In this document: positions 24,857 to 33,273 of the stretch, piece by piece
How positions within the stretch are numbered: the stretch's first letter is position 1
Layout of the letters: each line of letters starts with the position of its first letter
Assembly (NCBI GenBank): GCA_021848095.1
Contig: JAJZMZ010000036.1
Span: 1-46,974, forward strand
DNA from: Candidatus Micrarchaeota archaeon
GTDB taxonomy: Archaea; Micrarchaeota; Micrarchaeia; Micrarchaeales; CABMGC01
Length of the DNA: 46,974 nucleotides
Direction: 5' to 3'
The notes under the pieces: model-generated
The model's input: only the letters and a program-made list of their open reading frames with translations
What the model was told of the DNA's origin: nothing
Database searches by the model: none
Program-made: the position numbers and the translations under genes

Positions 24857-25176
24857 ATGGTAGAAAAATCAACCTCTATTTAGAATTAGGACTGAAAAAC
24901 CTAAAGCCATTTCTAATTCAAGCATTTAATACTGAAACACACATACTTCTAATACATAGATTTGATGAAAACACTCCATTTACATTTAAACAAGCTAGGG
25001 AATACCACTTCGATAAACATACAATGTTATCTACAGTTGGTGTTAAATCAATTTTATTAATTACTGAAAACAATACAGTTCAAGTTCAAACATCGAACGA
25101 TCAAACTCTAAGTTCTCATATATTAATCTTAGAGGCACACCGTAAACATGCCTTTGATGTCATTAAAAAGACTTAA
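24857..25176 (+). pseudogene. Possible frameshifted small ORF (ATG at 24857 is one frame off a 107-codon open frame at 24853-25176)
   Basis: The open frame has no canonical start before the ATG at 25024. An upstream ATG at 24857, with SD-like AGGT, reads MVEK and stops after 8 codons. One extra A in the A5 run (24865-24869) would fuse it to ...INLYLELGLKNLKPFLIQAFNTETHILLIHRFDENTPFTFKQAREYHFDKH... The product is protein-like in composition. Confidence 0.35.
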
Positions 25177-25438
25177 ATCACTAAGAAGACATAGACATTA
25201 AAAGAACCACAGTTAATGAATCATTCATGATTCTTCTTTTTTACCATTTTTTAACAATAAATTTTAACATATTTTCTTTTTGTCCTCTAAGACCTCTGTG
25301 TTTCATGTATATTATATTGTGATTCTTTTACGATACCTTTATATATCTTTCTTTATTATAATATGATTGAATCGTGATTGTTTCAAGATAACTCTGTATA
25401 AGGTTCATGAACTTCATGGTTTTCAAAGATGCATTAAC

Positions 25439-25960
25439 ATGGCAAAAACTCAAAAAAGAATGGAAAAGGAGCTTTTATCACTAAAGCACGAGTTAGCCAT
25501 GCTTTCAAATAAGGGAAAGACAGTTCCTTCAGAAACAGATGTTAATGCTTTATTAAAATACATATTAGAAGAAAGAGAAAAAACAAACAAACTTTTATAC
25601 TCACTAACTGAAAAAATTAAAAAACTTGAAGAAGAAATTGGAGAAGAGTATGAAGCAGAGGATATGCCATATGACCAAATGATGGCAGGTAAATCTGCAT
25701 CTGCTCCGTTGTTAAACAGAGAAATAGCATTGTCAACATTAGATGTTAAAATATTGAACTTCGCACAATCGAAAGGAATGATCTGCGCAGAGGACTTAAA
25801 GACAGAGATGAAGTATAAAGGAAGAAATGCAGCGTGTGCAAGACTCAATAAATTATTCAAGCAGGGTCTATTAGACAGATTCCAGCTTGGTCACAAAGTT
25901 TATTACAAATTTGATGCTGGCAAGGCGACCAATACACTTATTATATCACCTCCACGGTAG
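25439..25960 (+). CDS. Coiled-coil plus C-terminal winged-helix DNA-binding protein
   Basis: I prefer the ATG at 25439 (MAKTQKRMEKELLSLKHELAML...) over the track's longer form. The C-terminus is LDVKILNFAQSKGMICAEDLKTEMKYKGRNAACARLNKLFKQGLLDRFQLGHKVYYKF, which is wHTH-like. Confidence 0.7.
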   Translation: MAKTQKRMEKELLSLKHELAMLSNKGKTVPSETDVNALLKYILEEREKTNKLLYSLTEKIKKLEEEIGEEYEAEDMPYDQMMAGKSASAPLLNREIALSTLDVKILNFAQSKGMICAEDLKTEMKYKGRNAACARLNKLFKQGLLDRFQLGHKVYYKFDAGKATNTLIISPPR

Positions 25961-26001
25961 ATGGTAAGGCCTGCCTCCACAGCGGGCTTGCCATCCTTTT
26001 T
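25960..26001 (+). terminator. GC-rich hairpin followed by T5 (intrinsic-terminator-like)
   Basis: GATGGTAAGGCC (25960-25971) pairs with GGGCTTGCCATC (25984-25995), with one G.U pair and one mismatch. The run C-TTTTT follows. It overlaps the stop codon of the preceding gene. Confidence 0.4.
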
Positions 26002-26058
26002 CTAACTTGCCACTAAATTATCTTTAAATTACTTTGCGTGTTATAAAGTTATGATTAT

Positions 26059-27024
26059 ATGAAAGCACTTGTAATAACGCATATAGCAGATTTAGATGGA
26101 ATTTTAAGCGGAGCATTAATAATGCGTAAATATAACTTAAATAAAAATGATATTTTATTTGCCGATTACAACAAAGAAAAACTTTTAGAAATAGAAAAGA
26201 TGTTTAATAAAAAAATAAAAAAAGGAATGTCTCTTTTTATAACTGATATAGGTGTTAATACCTCTACAAGTGATATCTTCAAACGAATGATTTTAAAGGT
26301 CAAAAAAAATAAAGGAAAGGTTTTTTGGTTTGATCATCATACATGGAGTGATGAAATGGTTAAAAAACTTGCATCTCTTTGTGATATAGCAGTTGTAAAT
26401 GAAAATAAATTATTTTGCGCAGCAGAGATAACAGCTAAAGAGTTAGCGTTAAAAGATAACTTCACAGAAAAACTTTTGAAGATAGTTCACATGTCTGATT
26501 TTAACATTAAACCTAAGGACAAAAAAATAAAAACATTCATCGGTTCTTATGTTTTAAGCACTACTTATTATGCATCTTTTAACGACAAAAAAAGACAACA
26601 AATAACAAGAGATATAGCTGAACAGTTAAGCAATGAGGTTCCATTACCTGTGTTCCTTGTAAAAGACGCAAAGAGGTTTGAAAGAATAAATAAAGAGTGT
26701 TTAAAGGAGTTGCCAAAAACAATTAAAAAATCAGGAATCTCTGCTATTGGTTTTACTAAATATGTATCGACAAATCAAGCTTGTGAAGCAATACAAAGTT
26801 TTGCAAATGTTGATATAGGAATTTATGTAAATACAGAAACTTACAAAGCTCATTTAAGAAGTAAAACTGCTGATTGTTCTGTACTCTCACGTTCTTTCGG
26901 TGGTGGAGGACATCCACATGCTTCAGCATTTGAGATAAATAGAAAACAATATAACTTAAAGTTAAAACAAGACAGAGAAAAAGTTTCTAATGCAATACTA
27001 AAAAGAGCTTCAGAGTTATTGTAA
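26059..27024 (+). CDS. DHH/DHHA1-family phosphoesterase (NrnA/RecJ-like)
   Basis: Contains HIADLDGILSGAL, FWFDHHTW and C-terminal GGGGHPHASAF, which are DHH and DHHA1 signatures. Confidence 0.8.
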   Translation: MKALVITHIADLDGILSGALIMRKYNLNKNDILFADYNKEKLLEIEKMFNKKIKKGMSLFITDIGVNTSTSDIFKRMILKVKKNKGKVFWFDHHTWSDEMVKKLASLCDIAVVNENKLFCAAEITAKELALKDNFTEKLLKIVHMSDFNIKPKDKKIKTFIGSYVLSTTYYASFNDKKRQQITRDIAEQLSNEVPLPVFLVKDAKRFERINKECLKELPKTIKKSGISAIGFTKYVSTNQACEAIQSFANVDIGIYVNTETYKAHLRSKTADCSVLSRSFGGGGHPHASAFEINRKQYNLKLKQDREKVSNAILKRASELL

Positions 27025-28215
27025 TACGCCAAATCCAGATAACTTCCATCTCTGGCTAAAGTTTCTTAATACTGAGATCTTTGCTGATTCATCAATACAT
27101 GCTACTCTGTTTAATCTAATCTCTAATGTATTTCTTTTTAGTTTTGTAATATATCCGACAAATGTTCCTGTACCTATTCCTAATAATAACTGTTCATTTT
27201 CTTTGAACGCTTGTTTTGGTATATCTGATCTGTTTAATGAAGTATAATTTATTGTTATTTTATTTACTACATCCGGAAGTGTTCCTGCCTTTCCTATTAT
27301 CTGTCCTACTAATCCGTCTGCTTTTGTAATCGAAGGATCACACTCTGTACCTACAGCAATCAAACCTCCTGCTATTGCTGAACTTAACTTTTCACTACCC
27401 GCTGATAATGAATCTATTTTTGTAATTATTGGAGAGTAGTTATCTTTTTTCTGAGGATTAAGATTAACTCCAGGACGCATCTCTACCTCATCTCCTTCTT
27501 TAAATATACCTCTTATTATTGAACCTCCGACAACTCCCCCTACTATGTTATCTATTTTTGTACCTGGTTTATTAATATCAAAAGATCTAGCAACATTCAT
27601 CACTGGATTAGATGTAGTGTCTCTTTCCGGAACCTTTATCTTTGCCAACTCTTCTAATAAAGAATCTACATTTATTCCCTTGTTTGCCATTATTGGTATT
27701 ATTGGAGCATCTTCAGCTGTACTTCCCTTTAAGAATGCTTTTATCTGATTATAACTTTTTTCAGCCTTCTCCCTTCCTACAATATCTATCTTTGTTTGTG
27801 CTACAATCACATTCTTAATTCCTAAAGCATTTATTATCATTAAGTGTTCTTTAGTCTGAGGCATTGGACAAGGTTCAGCAGCTGATATTACAAAAAGAGC
27901 ACCATCAATAATGCTTGAGCTAGCTATTGCTGTAGCCATAAGTGTTTCGTGTCCAGGCGCATCTAGTAGTGAAATCTTTCTAAAAGGAGAAGCTACCTTA
28001 CCATCTACGCATGTCTCTTCTACAGTGAATTTATCCCCCGCTCCACACTTTCTTATTAGCATATCGGCGTAGCCTAGCTTTATTGTCATACTTCTTTTCA
28101 AGCTTTCGCTATGTACATCTGTCCATGTGTGAGTCAATGCGGAAACTAGCGTTGTTTTACCATGGTCTACATGGCCTAATGTTCCTATATTGAGCTCACT
28201 TTGGTTATTCATCAA
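27016..28215 (-). CDS. eif2g: Translation initiation factor aIF2 gamma subunit
   Basis: Contains GTPase motifs GHVDHGKTTL, DAPGH and QTKID, plus a zinc-knuckle-region remnant. It is 399 aa and lies downstream of S6e, as in many archaea. Confidence 0.9.
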   Translation of the reverse strand: MMNNQSELNIGTLGHVDHGKTTLVSALTHTWTDVHSESLKRSMTIKLGYADMLIRKCGAGDKFTVEETCVDGKVASPFRKISLLDAPGHETLMATAIASSSIIDGALFVISAAEPCPMPQTKEHLMIINALGIKNVIVAQTKIDIVGREKAEKSYNQIKAFLKGSTAEDAPIIPIMANKGINVDSLLEELAKIKVPERDTTSNPVMNVARSFDINKPGTKIDNIVGGVVGGSIIRGIFKEGDEVEMRPGVNLNPQKKDNYSPIITKIDSLSAGSEKLSSAIAGGLIAVGTECDPSITKADGLVGQIIGKAGTLPDVVNKITINYTSLNRSDIPKQAFKENEQLLLGIGTGTFVGYITKLKRNTLEIRLNRVACIDESAKISVLRNFSQRWKLSGFGVLQ

Positions 28216-28223
28216 TTCAACTA

Positions 28224-28610
28224 TTACTCACTTTTCTCCTTTGGTTTGAAAAGCTCTTCGTGTGGCTTTGAGCCAAACTGTTCTATAACTGTGTTTATCT
28301 GAACTGTGTCTGGACCTATTGTGTTTCCTCTTACTAGCTTTCTAGCTCTGTAGCCTTTCTCTTTTACTCTCATTCCTACTCCAAAGTTTATCAAAGCCTT
28401 TGTTTTTCTTATTCCGTCTATTTCTTTTCTTGATGGAGCTCCTGAAGAATCGCTTAAACCAGTTATCTTTAATTTAAAGCCATCTAATCCTGCAGAAGCG
28501 CCTTCTATCTCCTCTCCAATCATCTTTCCTATTAATTGGCCTTCTCTTTCCTTTGGAATTTGGGCGTGTCCTGTTTTTCCTGTCTTTCTATCTGAATAAA
28601 CAATTTGCAT
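28224..28610 (-). CDS. rps6e: 30S ribosomal protein S6e (eS6)
   Basis: Contains MQIVYSDRKTGKTGHAQIPKE...KITGLSDSSGAPSRKEIDG...RKLVRGNTI, an eS6 pattern. Confidence 0.85.
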   Translation of the reverse strand: MQIVYSDRKTGKTGHAQIPKEREGQLIGKMIGEEIEGASAGLDGFKLKITGLSDSSGAPSRKEIDGIRKTKALINFGVGMRVKEKGYRARKLVRGNTIGPDTVQINTVIEQFGSKPHEELFKPKEKSE

Positions 28611-28686
28611 TTTTTCACCTAAATTAATATTATCTGTATTTTATTTACACTTCTCTATTATTTAACTCTATTTGAATACTGAAGTG

Positions 28687-30843
28687 TTATCTATACATGC
28701 TATCTGGTTCTTCCTTGAATCTTTTAATTCTATCACTTACTTCTTTAGGTACTGCTGGTCTTACTTCTTTCAATGCTTTTATGAAGTCTTCGCCCTTTAC
28801 AATATCCCTATTATTTCTTATTGCATTCATTCCTGCTTCTCTACATATATTCTCTAACTCAGCTCCTGTATAATTTTCTGTATTTTCTGATATTTTCTCT
28901 AAATTAACATCTTTATCTAAAGGCATCTTTTTTGTATGCACCTTTAATATCTCAAATCTTGCTTTTGAATCTGGCATTGGTATCTCTATTATTTTATCGA
29001 ATCTTCCTGGACGTAAAAGTGCAGGGTCTACCTCTTCAGGACGATTTGTTGCTCCTAAAACTACGACATTTTTCAACTCTTGTAAACCGTCCATCTCTGT
29101 CAACATTGTATCTACTACTCTTTCTGTAACTCTTGTGTCATCTTCTCCTGAACCTCTTGAGTGCGCTATCGCATCTATCTCGTCAATGAAAATAATACAA
29201 GGTGCAGCTAATCTTGCCTTTCTAAATATCTCTCTTACTGTTTTTTCACTTTCTCCTACGTATTTACTTAATACTTCGGGTCCTTTTATCGATATGAAGT
29301 TTGCCTCTCTTTCTGTTGCTACTGCTCTTGCAAGCATTGTCTTTCCAGTACCTGGAGAACCTACCAACAAAACACCTTTTATTGCTCTTATTCCTAACTT
29401 TTCAAACTTTTGTGGTTCTTTAAGAGGCATCTCAACAGCTTCTTTTATCTCTTCTTTTACGTTTTCAATACCTCCTATATCTTTCCAATGTACATTTGGT
29501 CTCTCGACAAATACCTCTCTAAGTGCACTTGGTTGAATATTTTTCAAACCTTCCATGAAGTTGTCTCTTGTAACAGTTAAGTTTGCTAAAACATCTGCAG
29601 GTATACTTTGTTTATCTACTATGTTTGGAAGTATTGTTCTTAATGTTGCCATAGCCGCTTCTTTAACTAACGCATTCATATCCGCTCCTGTGTATCCGTG
29701 AGTTACATTTGCTAACTCATCTAAATCTACATCTTTTGCAACAGGCATGTTTCTAGTATGTATTTGTAATATTGTTTTTCTTGAGTTTCTATTTGGTACT
29801 CCTATCTCAATTTCACGATCGAATCTTCCCGGTCTTCTTAAAGCAGGGTCTATTGCGTCAGGACGATTTGTTGCCGCTATTATTATTACTTGACCTCGTG
29901 GTGGCATTCCATCCATAAGTGTCAATAACTGTGAAACCATTCTTCTTTCTACTTCATTTGTTGCGTCTTCTCTTTTAGGTGCAATGGCATCTATCTCGTC
30001 CATAAAAATAATTGTCGGTGCTTTTTCATTTGCACTCTTAAATATCTCTCTTAATTTTTCTTCACTTTCTCCTACGAACTTACTTACTAACTCTGGTCCT
30101 GATATTGTTATAAAGTTTGCATCGCTTTCATTAGCAACAGCTTTAGCTAATAATGTCTTTCCAGTACCTGGTGGTCCGTATAACAAAACTCCTTTTGGCG
30201 GATCAATTCCTAATCTTTCGAATAACTCAGGATATCTTATTGGTAACTCTACCATTTCTCGTATCTTTTGTTTTGCGTCGTCTAATCCACCTATGTCTTC
30301 ATAGTGCACATCAGCTATCTTAACTAATGACTCTGAGACTGGTTCATCCTTTACGACTAAATTTGTATTACTTGTTATCTTTACTATTCCATGCGGGATT
30401 ACTTGAACCACTAAAAAGTTGAAAACTAAACCGAACATAGGTATTGGTATTGAGTCTCCTTTTGCCAATGGTCTTCCTTCCAATCGTCTTTTTGCATACT
30501 CTGGGAAATCTGGTGAAAGTGGAGGTCTTTGACTAGGAGGTGGTGCTAATGTTACCTTTTCTGCATCTTTAACTTCTCCTTTTGATACAAATATTTTATC
30601 TCCTATACCTACTCCTAAATTTTGTCTTAAATAACCATCAATTCTTATAAAACCTAAACCTTCATCACTTGGGTGTGCTGGTCCAACTATTGCTGCTGTT
30701 GATTTTATCTTACCTTTTAACTCAACTATGTCTCCTGAGTTTATATCTAAAGCTCTGCGTGATTTGCCATCTACTCTTGCTATGCTCTTCCCTGAGTCTG
30801 TAACAAGTGCGTCTGCAACTGTAAGCTCTATTATATTAACCAT
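28687..30843 (-). CDS. cdc48: Cdc48/VCP-type AAA+ ATPase (two AAA domains)
   Basis: The N-domain is LTVADALVTDSGKSIARVD. There are two Walker A motifs (GPPGTGKTLLAKA and GSPGTGKTMLARA), two DEID Walker B motifs and the SRH element RPGRFD twice. Length is 718 aa. Confidence 0.95.
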   Translation of the reverse strand: MVNIIELTVADALVTDSGKSIARVDGKSRRALDINSGDIVELKGKIKSTAAIVGPAHPSDEGLGFIRIDGYLRQNLGVGIGDKIFVSKGEVKDAEKVTLAPPPSQRPPLSPDFPEYAKRRLEGRPLAKGDSIPIPMFGLVFNFLVVQVIPHGIVKITSNTNLVVKDEPVSESLVKIADVHYEDIGGLDDAKQKIREMVELPIRYPELFERLGIDPPKGVLLYGPPGTGKTLLAKAVANESDANFITISGPELVSKFVGESEEKLREIFKSANEKAPTIIFMDEIDAIAPKREDATNEVERRMVSQLLTLMDGMPPRGQVIIIAATNRPDAIDPALRRPGRFDREIEIGVPNRNSRKTILQIHTRNMPVAKDVDLDELANVTHGYTGADMNALVKEAAMATLRTILPNIVDKQSIPADVLANLTVTRDNFMEGLKNIQPSALREVFVERPNVHWKDIGGIENVKEEIKEAVEMPLKEPQKFEKLGIRAIKGVLLVGSPGTGKTMLARAVATEREANFISIKGPEVLSKYVGESEKTVREIFRKARLAAPCIIFIDEIDAIAHSRGSGEDDTRVTERVVDTMLTEMDGLQELKNVVVLGATNRPEEVDPALLRPGRFDKIIEIPMPDSKARFEILKVHTKKMPLDKDVNLEKISENTENYTGAELENICREAGMNAIRNNRDIVKGEDFIKALKEVRPAVPKEVSDRIKRFKEEPDSMYR

Positions 30844-31019
30844 ATTTTCGGCACCAAAGTAATAGTTATAAATATTTGTTAAAAAACTTATATATACTTT
30901 TGCTTACAAATTTACGTTAACAAGAAAGTGTTTAATTTAATTGAAAAGTCAACCTTAAATTCGAATAAATTATATATCTTTCCTTATAATAATATATAAA
31001 GTATTAATTTGTGTTAGTT

Positions 31020-31172
31020 ATGGGAAAATTTCCACTGGCAGATGAAGCCTTGACAAACATTTGGCTATGCAGAAAGTGCAAAGCAAGAAATAAAGCAGGA
31101 ACCTTAAAGTGCAGAAAGTGCGGAAGCACGTACATGCGTGTTAAGAGAAAAGATAAGATGGCTAAGAAGTAA
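31020..31172 (+). CDS. rpl40e: 50S ribosomal protein L40e (eL40)
   Basis: Below the ORF-track cutoff, so translated by hand as MGKFPLADEALTNIWLCRKCKARNKAGTLKCRKCGSTYMRVKRKDKMAKK. It has the C4 zinc ribbon and N-terminal pattern of archaeal eL40. Confidence 0.8.
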   Translation: MGKFPLADEALTNIWLCRKCKARNKAGTLKCRKCGSTYMRVKRKDKMAKK

Positions 31173-31205
31173 GCCTATTTAATATTTAAGATAATAAGTG
31201 ATTTT

Positions 31206-31421
31206 ATGGCAGAATTAACACCTATAGAAAGTATGATTTTAGAAGCAATGAATGAACTAGGAGCGGTTAGCGATGAAAAGAAGAAAACAGCAGATGACAT
31301 AGCAAAGAAATGTAATAGACCAAAAAGTATGGTAACAAATGCATTAGTTACAATGTCACAGAAAGGAGCAATAAAGAGAGTAGTAAGAGAAAAAGCATCA
31401 GGCTATTACGTATTAAAATAA
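31206..31421 (+). CDS. Small winged-helix DNA-binding protein
   Basis: The 71-aa product contains IESMILEAMNELG...TADDIAKKCNRPKSMVTNALVTMSQKGAIKRV..., a wHTH pattern. An SD-like GTGAT lies upstream. Confidence 0.65.
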   Translation: MAELTPIESMILEAMNELGAVSDEKKKTADDIAKKCNRPKSMVTNALVTMSQKGAIKRVVREKASGYYVLK

Positions 31422-31453
31422 TAAGTAATTAGAGATAATTAACTGATGATATT

Positions 31454-31900
31454 ATGGAATCTGATAGTATAGAGTTTTCAGCGAAATACAAAAACTGGGT
31501 AGCTATAAGAAAGATGACTATACATCCCGATACAAAAGCAGAAGAGATAGCATTTTCTTTGTCTGGTATAAGACAATCTATAGATAAAAAAACCTTTGAG
31601 TTTTTGGATATAGACACAGCTTCTTTAGACGCATACTCTGAGAAACTAGCAGGATCAGTTAAAAAAAGTATCGGAGGTTTTTCTGAAGCTTTACTTAAGT
31701 TTTCATCACCAGAAGCAAAAGCAGCAATTGAAAAAGCATGCGAAAAGAAACCTGAACATATGGCATTTGCTCGCGTATACTTAATAAGAAAAATAGCACA
31801 ACTTCTTAATCTTGATTTTGATGTAAGTCAAGAGGCATTATCAAAAATATATCCAAAGTTGAAGGTTCCAAAACCAAAAGGAAGAATGCCAAAAGCATAA
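31454..31900 (+). CDS. Hypothetical protein (helical, basic C-terminal tail)
   Basis: The 148-aa product has coding-like composition and codon usage. I recognise no family. Confidence 0.6.
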   Translation: MESDSIEFSAKYKNWVAIRKMTIHPDTKAEEIAFSLSGIRQSIDKKTFEFLDIDTASLDAYSEKLAGSVKKSIGGFSEALLKFSSPEAKAAIEKACEKKPEHMAFARVYLIRKIAQLLNLDFDVSQEALSKIYPKLKVPKPKGRMPKA

Positions 31901-31956
31901 TTAAGCTTAAATCAATCTATAAATATCATAAATGAAAACATATTATACATCTTAAC

Positions 31957-32029
31957 GGGGAGTTAGGCTAGCTTGGTAGGCTTTCAGGTTTGGGACCTGA
32001 CGACAGGAGTTCAAATCTCCTACTCCCCA
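31957..32029 (+). tRNA. tRNA-Pro (anticodon UGG)
   Basis: Hand fold: acceptor GGGGAGT/ACTCCCC, anticodon arm TCAGG-TTTGGGA-CCTGA, T arm AGGAG-TTCAAAT-CTCCT, discriminator A. Length is 73 nt and no insertion is seen. Confidence 0.85.
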
Positions 32030-32089
32030 AATCTTATGTGGGGTATAGGTATCTGAGAGAAATGTTACAATTTAAAGGAAATAAACTTC

Positions 32090-32578
32090 TTACTCTCTTT
32101 TCAAAGATATTACTTCTGTGTCTGTTTTTATTCCAACGACTAACTGTGCAACTGTTGACTGATCATAAACTGCACGCATTGTGTATCGTGCGCGATTTGT
32201 ATTTGCGTTGTTGTCATTTTCTACTCTGAGCATTAATGGCACATCTCCAATTATTTTATTCCAAACTAAAGCTGTGTTTTCTACATCTCCTTTTCCAGAA
32301 GTTAAAGTACCATCTTCATTTACTGTATAAAGTCCAGCTTCTAATGTATTTTTATCCTTTAAGTAGAATCCTCCCTTACCTAATAACCTTTCTTTTAATT
32401 CTGGAGTTTTAATAACTTCTTTTAAGATTTCATTATGTGTTACTGATCTTAAATCATGTACATCAAGTAATCTGTCTGAGCCTTTGTAATTTGCTTTTGT
32501 TTCAGCTACAAATACTCCTGTGTTTTCTATATTAGAAAACTTTGCTATGTGATTAATCACAATTGTTTTAATTGGCAT
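32090..32578 (-). CDS. Hypothetical protein
   Basis: The 162-aa product has normal composition and no TM helix. I recognise no family. Confidence 0.55.
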   Translation of the reverse strand: MPIKTIVINHIAKFSNIENTGVFVAETKANYKGSDRLLDVHDLRSVTHNEILKEVIKTPELKERLLGKGGFYLKDKNTLEAGLYTVNEDGTLTSGKGDVENTALVWNKIIGDVPLMLRVENDNNANTNRARYTMRAVYDQSTVAQLVVGIKTDTEVISLKRE

Positions 32579-32689
32579 ATTATCAAAGTATTTATTTGCA
32601 TTTCTTAATATTTAACTCTATCTATTTTTTGGGCTTTGTAGATTTATATGATAAGGATTAAGAAAGAATTTTTGAGACTTATTTATTAC

Positions 32690-33193
32690 TTATATCTCAG
32701 CAGCAACTTCATTTCTTCTTAGGAAAGGAAGAGTCCATGGTGGATTATACCGCATTAAGAAAATTCGTTTTGATTTTATCTTATTTTCTTTTAATATCTT
32801 CTTTAACTCTTGTGTTTTATTTGATGTTACATTATCATTTATTCTTCCTGAAAATCTTAAGACAACTAACTTCATTACTTTTTTCTCTTCAAAAGATATA
32901 TTATTTTTCAGTGGTTTTGGTAAGGTTTCAATTTTATACTTTTTAGGCATTATGAAACTCATTGAAAATGTTTCTTTATTGTTCTTTTCATTTTTTGATG
33001 TTAATACCGGAGCTGTCATCTTTATTTTTTTACCTTCTTGATTGCCACCAAAAATATACTTGGCCAATAAACCAAATACACTGTACTCATCTTCTTTATT
33101 TTTTGTAGCTGTTATAAGAATAAGATTTTTATACTGTCTAAGCTCAGCATTACCATATCTTTTTAAAATTAAATAATCTGGAGCTTCTACCAT
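32690..33193 (-). CDS. SOUL/HEBP-family heme-binding-like protein
   Basis: Contains APDYLILKRYGNAELRQY, KIKMTAPV and the C-terminal MRYNPPWTLPFLRRNEV, which is a hallmark of the SOUL family. Confidence 0.75.
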   Translation of the reverse strand: MVEAPDYLILKRYGNAELRQYKNLILITATKNKEDEYSVFGLLAKYIFGGNQEGKKIKMTAPVLTSKNEKNNKETFSMSFIMPKKYKIETLPKPLKNNISFEEKKVMKLVVLRFSGRINDNVTSNKTQELKKILKENKIKSKRIFLMRYNPPWTLPFLRRNEVAAEI

Positions 33194-33273
33194 TTAATCA
33201 ATTTTCAATGTTCACTTCTCCAAATCAATCAATAAATTATTTACTTATTTTCAAATGAAGTTCAGTCCGTATC

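Noticed and set aside
25367-25438. A 24-codon N-terminal extension of the wHTH gene, and similarly the TTG at 15095 extending cluster protein 8.
   Set aside because: The extensions (MNRDCFKITLYKVHELHGFQRCIN and MRVLFILLHNELLNLA) look non-protein-like and begin at weak starts. The internal ATGs give sensible N-termini (MAKTQKR... and MKTNMLIF...).
28659-28671. A 13-mer, TATTTAACTCTAT, shared with 32609-32621. Both copies lie upstream of minus-strand genes.
   Set aside because: A single shared AT-rich 13-mer in 47 kb of AT-rich DNA is expected by chance. Its distances to the two start codons differ (about 50 nt against about 30 nt).
28672-30304. Plus-strand ORFs 28672-28857, 28932-29129, 29135-29536 and 29984-30304.
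   Set aside because: They are antisense to the unmistakable Cdc48 gene. Two of them are mirror images of the duplicated AAA domains, which explains why they resemble each other.
31441-31452. CTGATGATATT, resembling a C/D-box sRNA box C (TGATGA).
   Set aside because: I found no matching box D (CTGA) with a terminal stem at a suitable distance. The motif sits where the ribosome-binding region of the gene at 31454 is expected.
31990-32229. A 79-aa plus-strand ORF.
   Set aside because: Its 5' part is the tRNA-Pro gene, and its 3' part is antisense to the 162-aa minus-strand gene.
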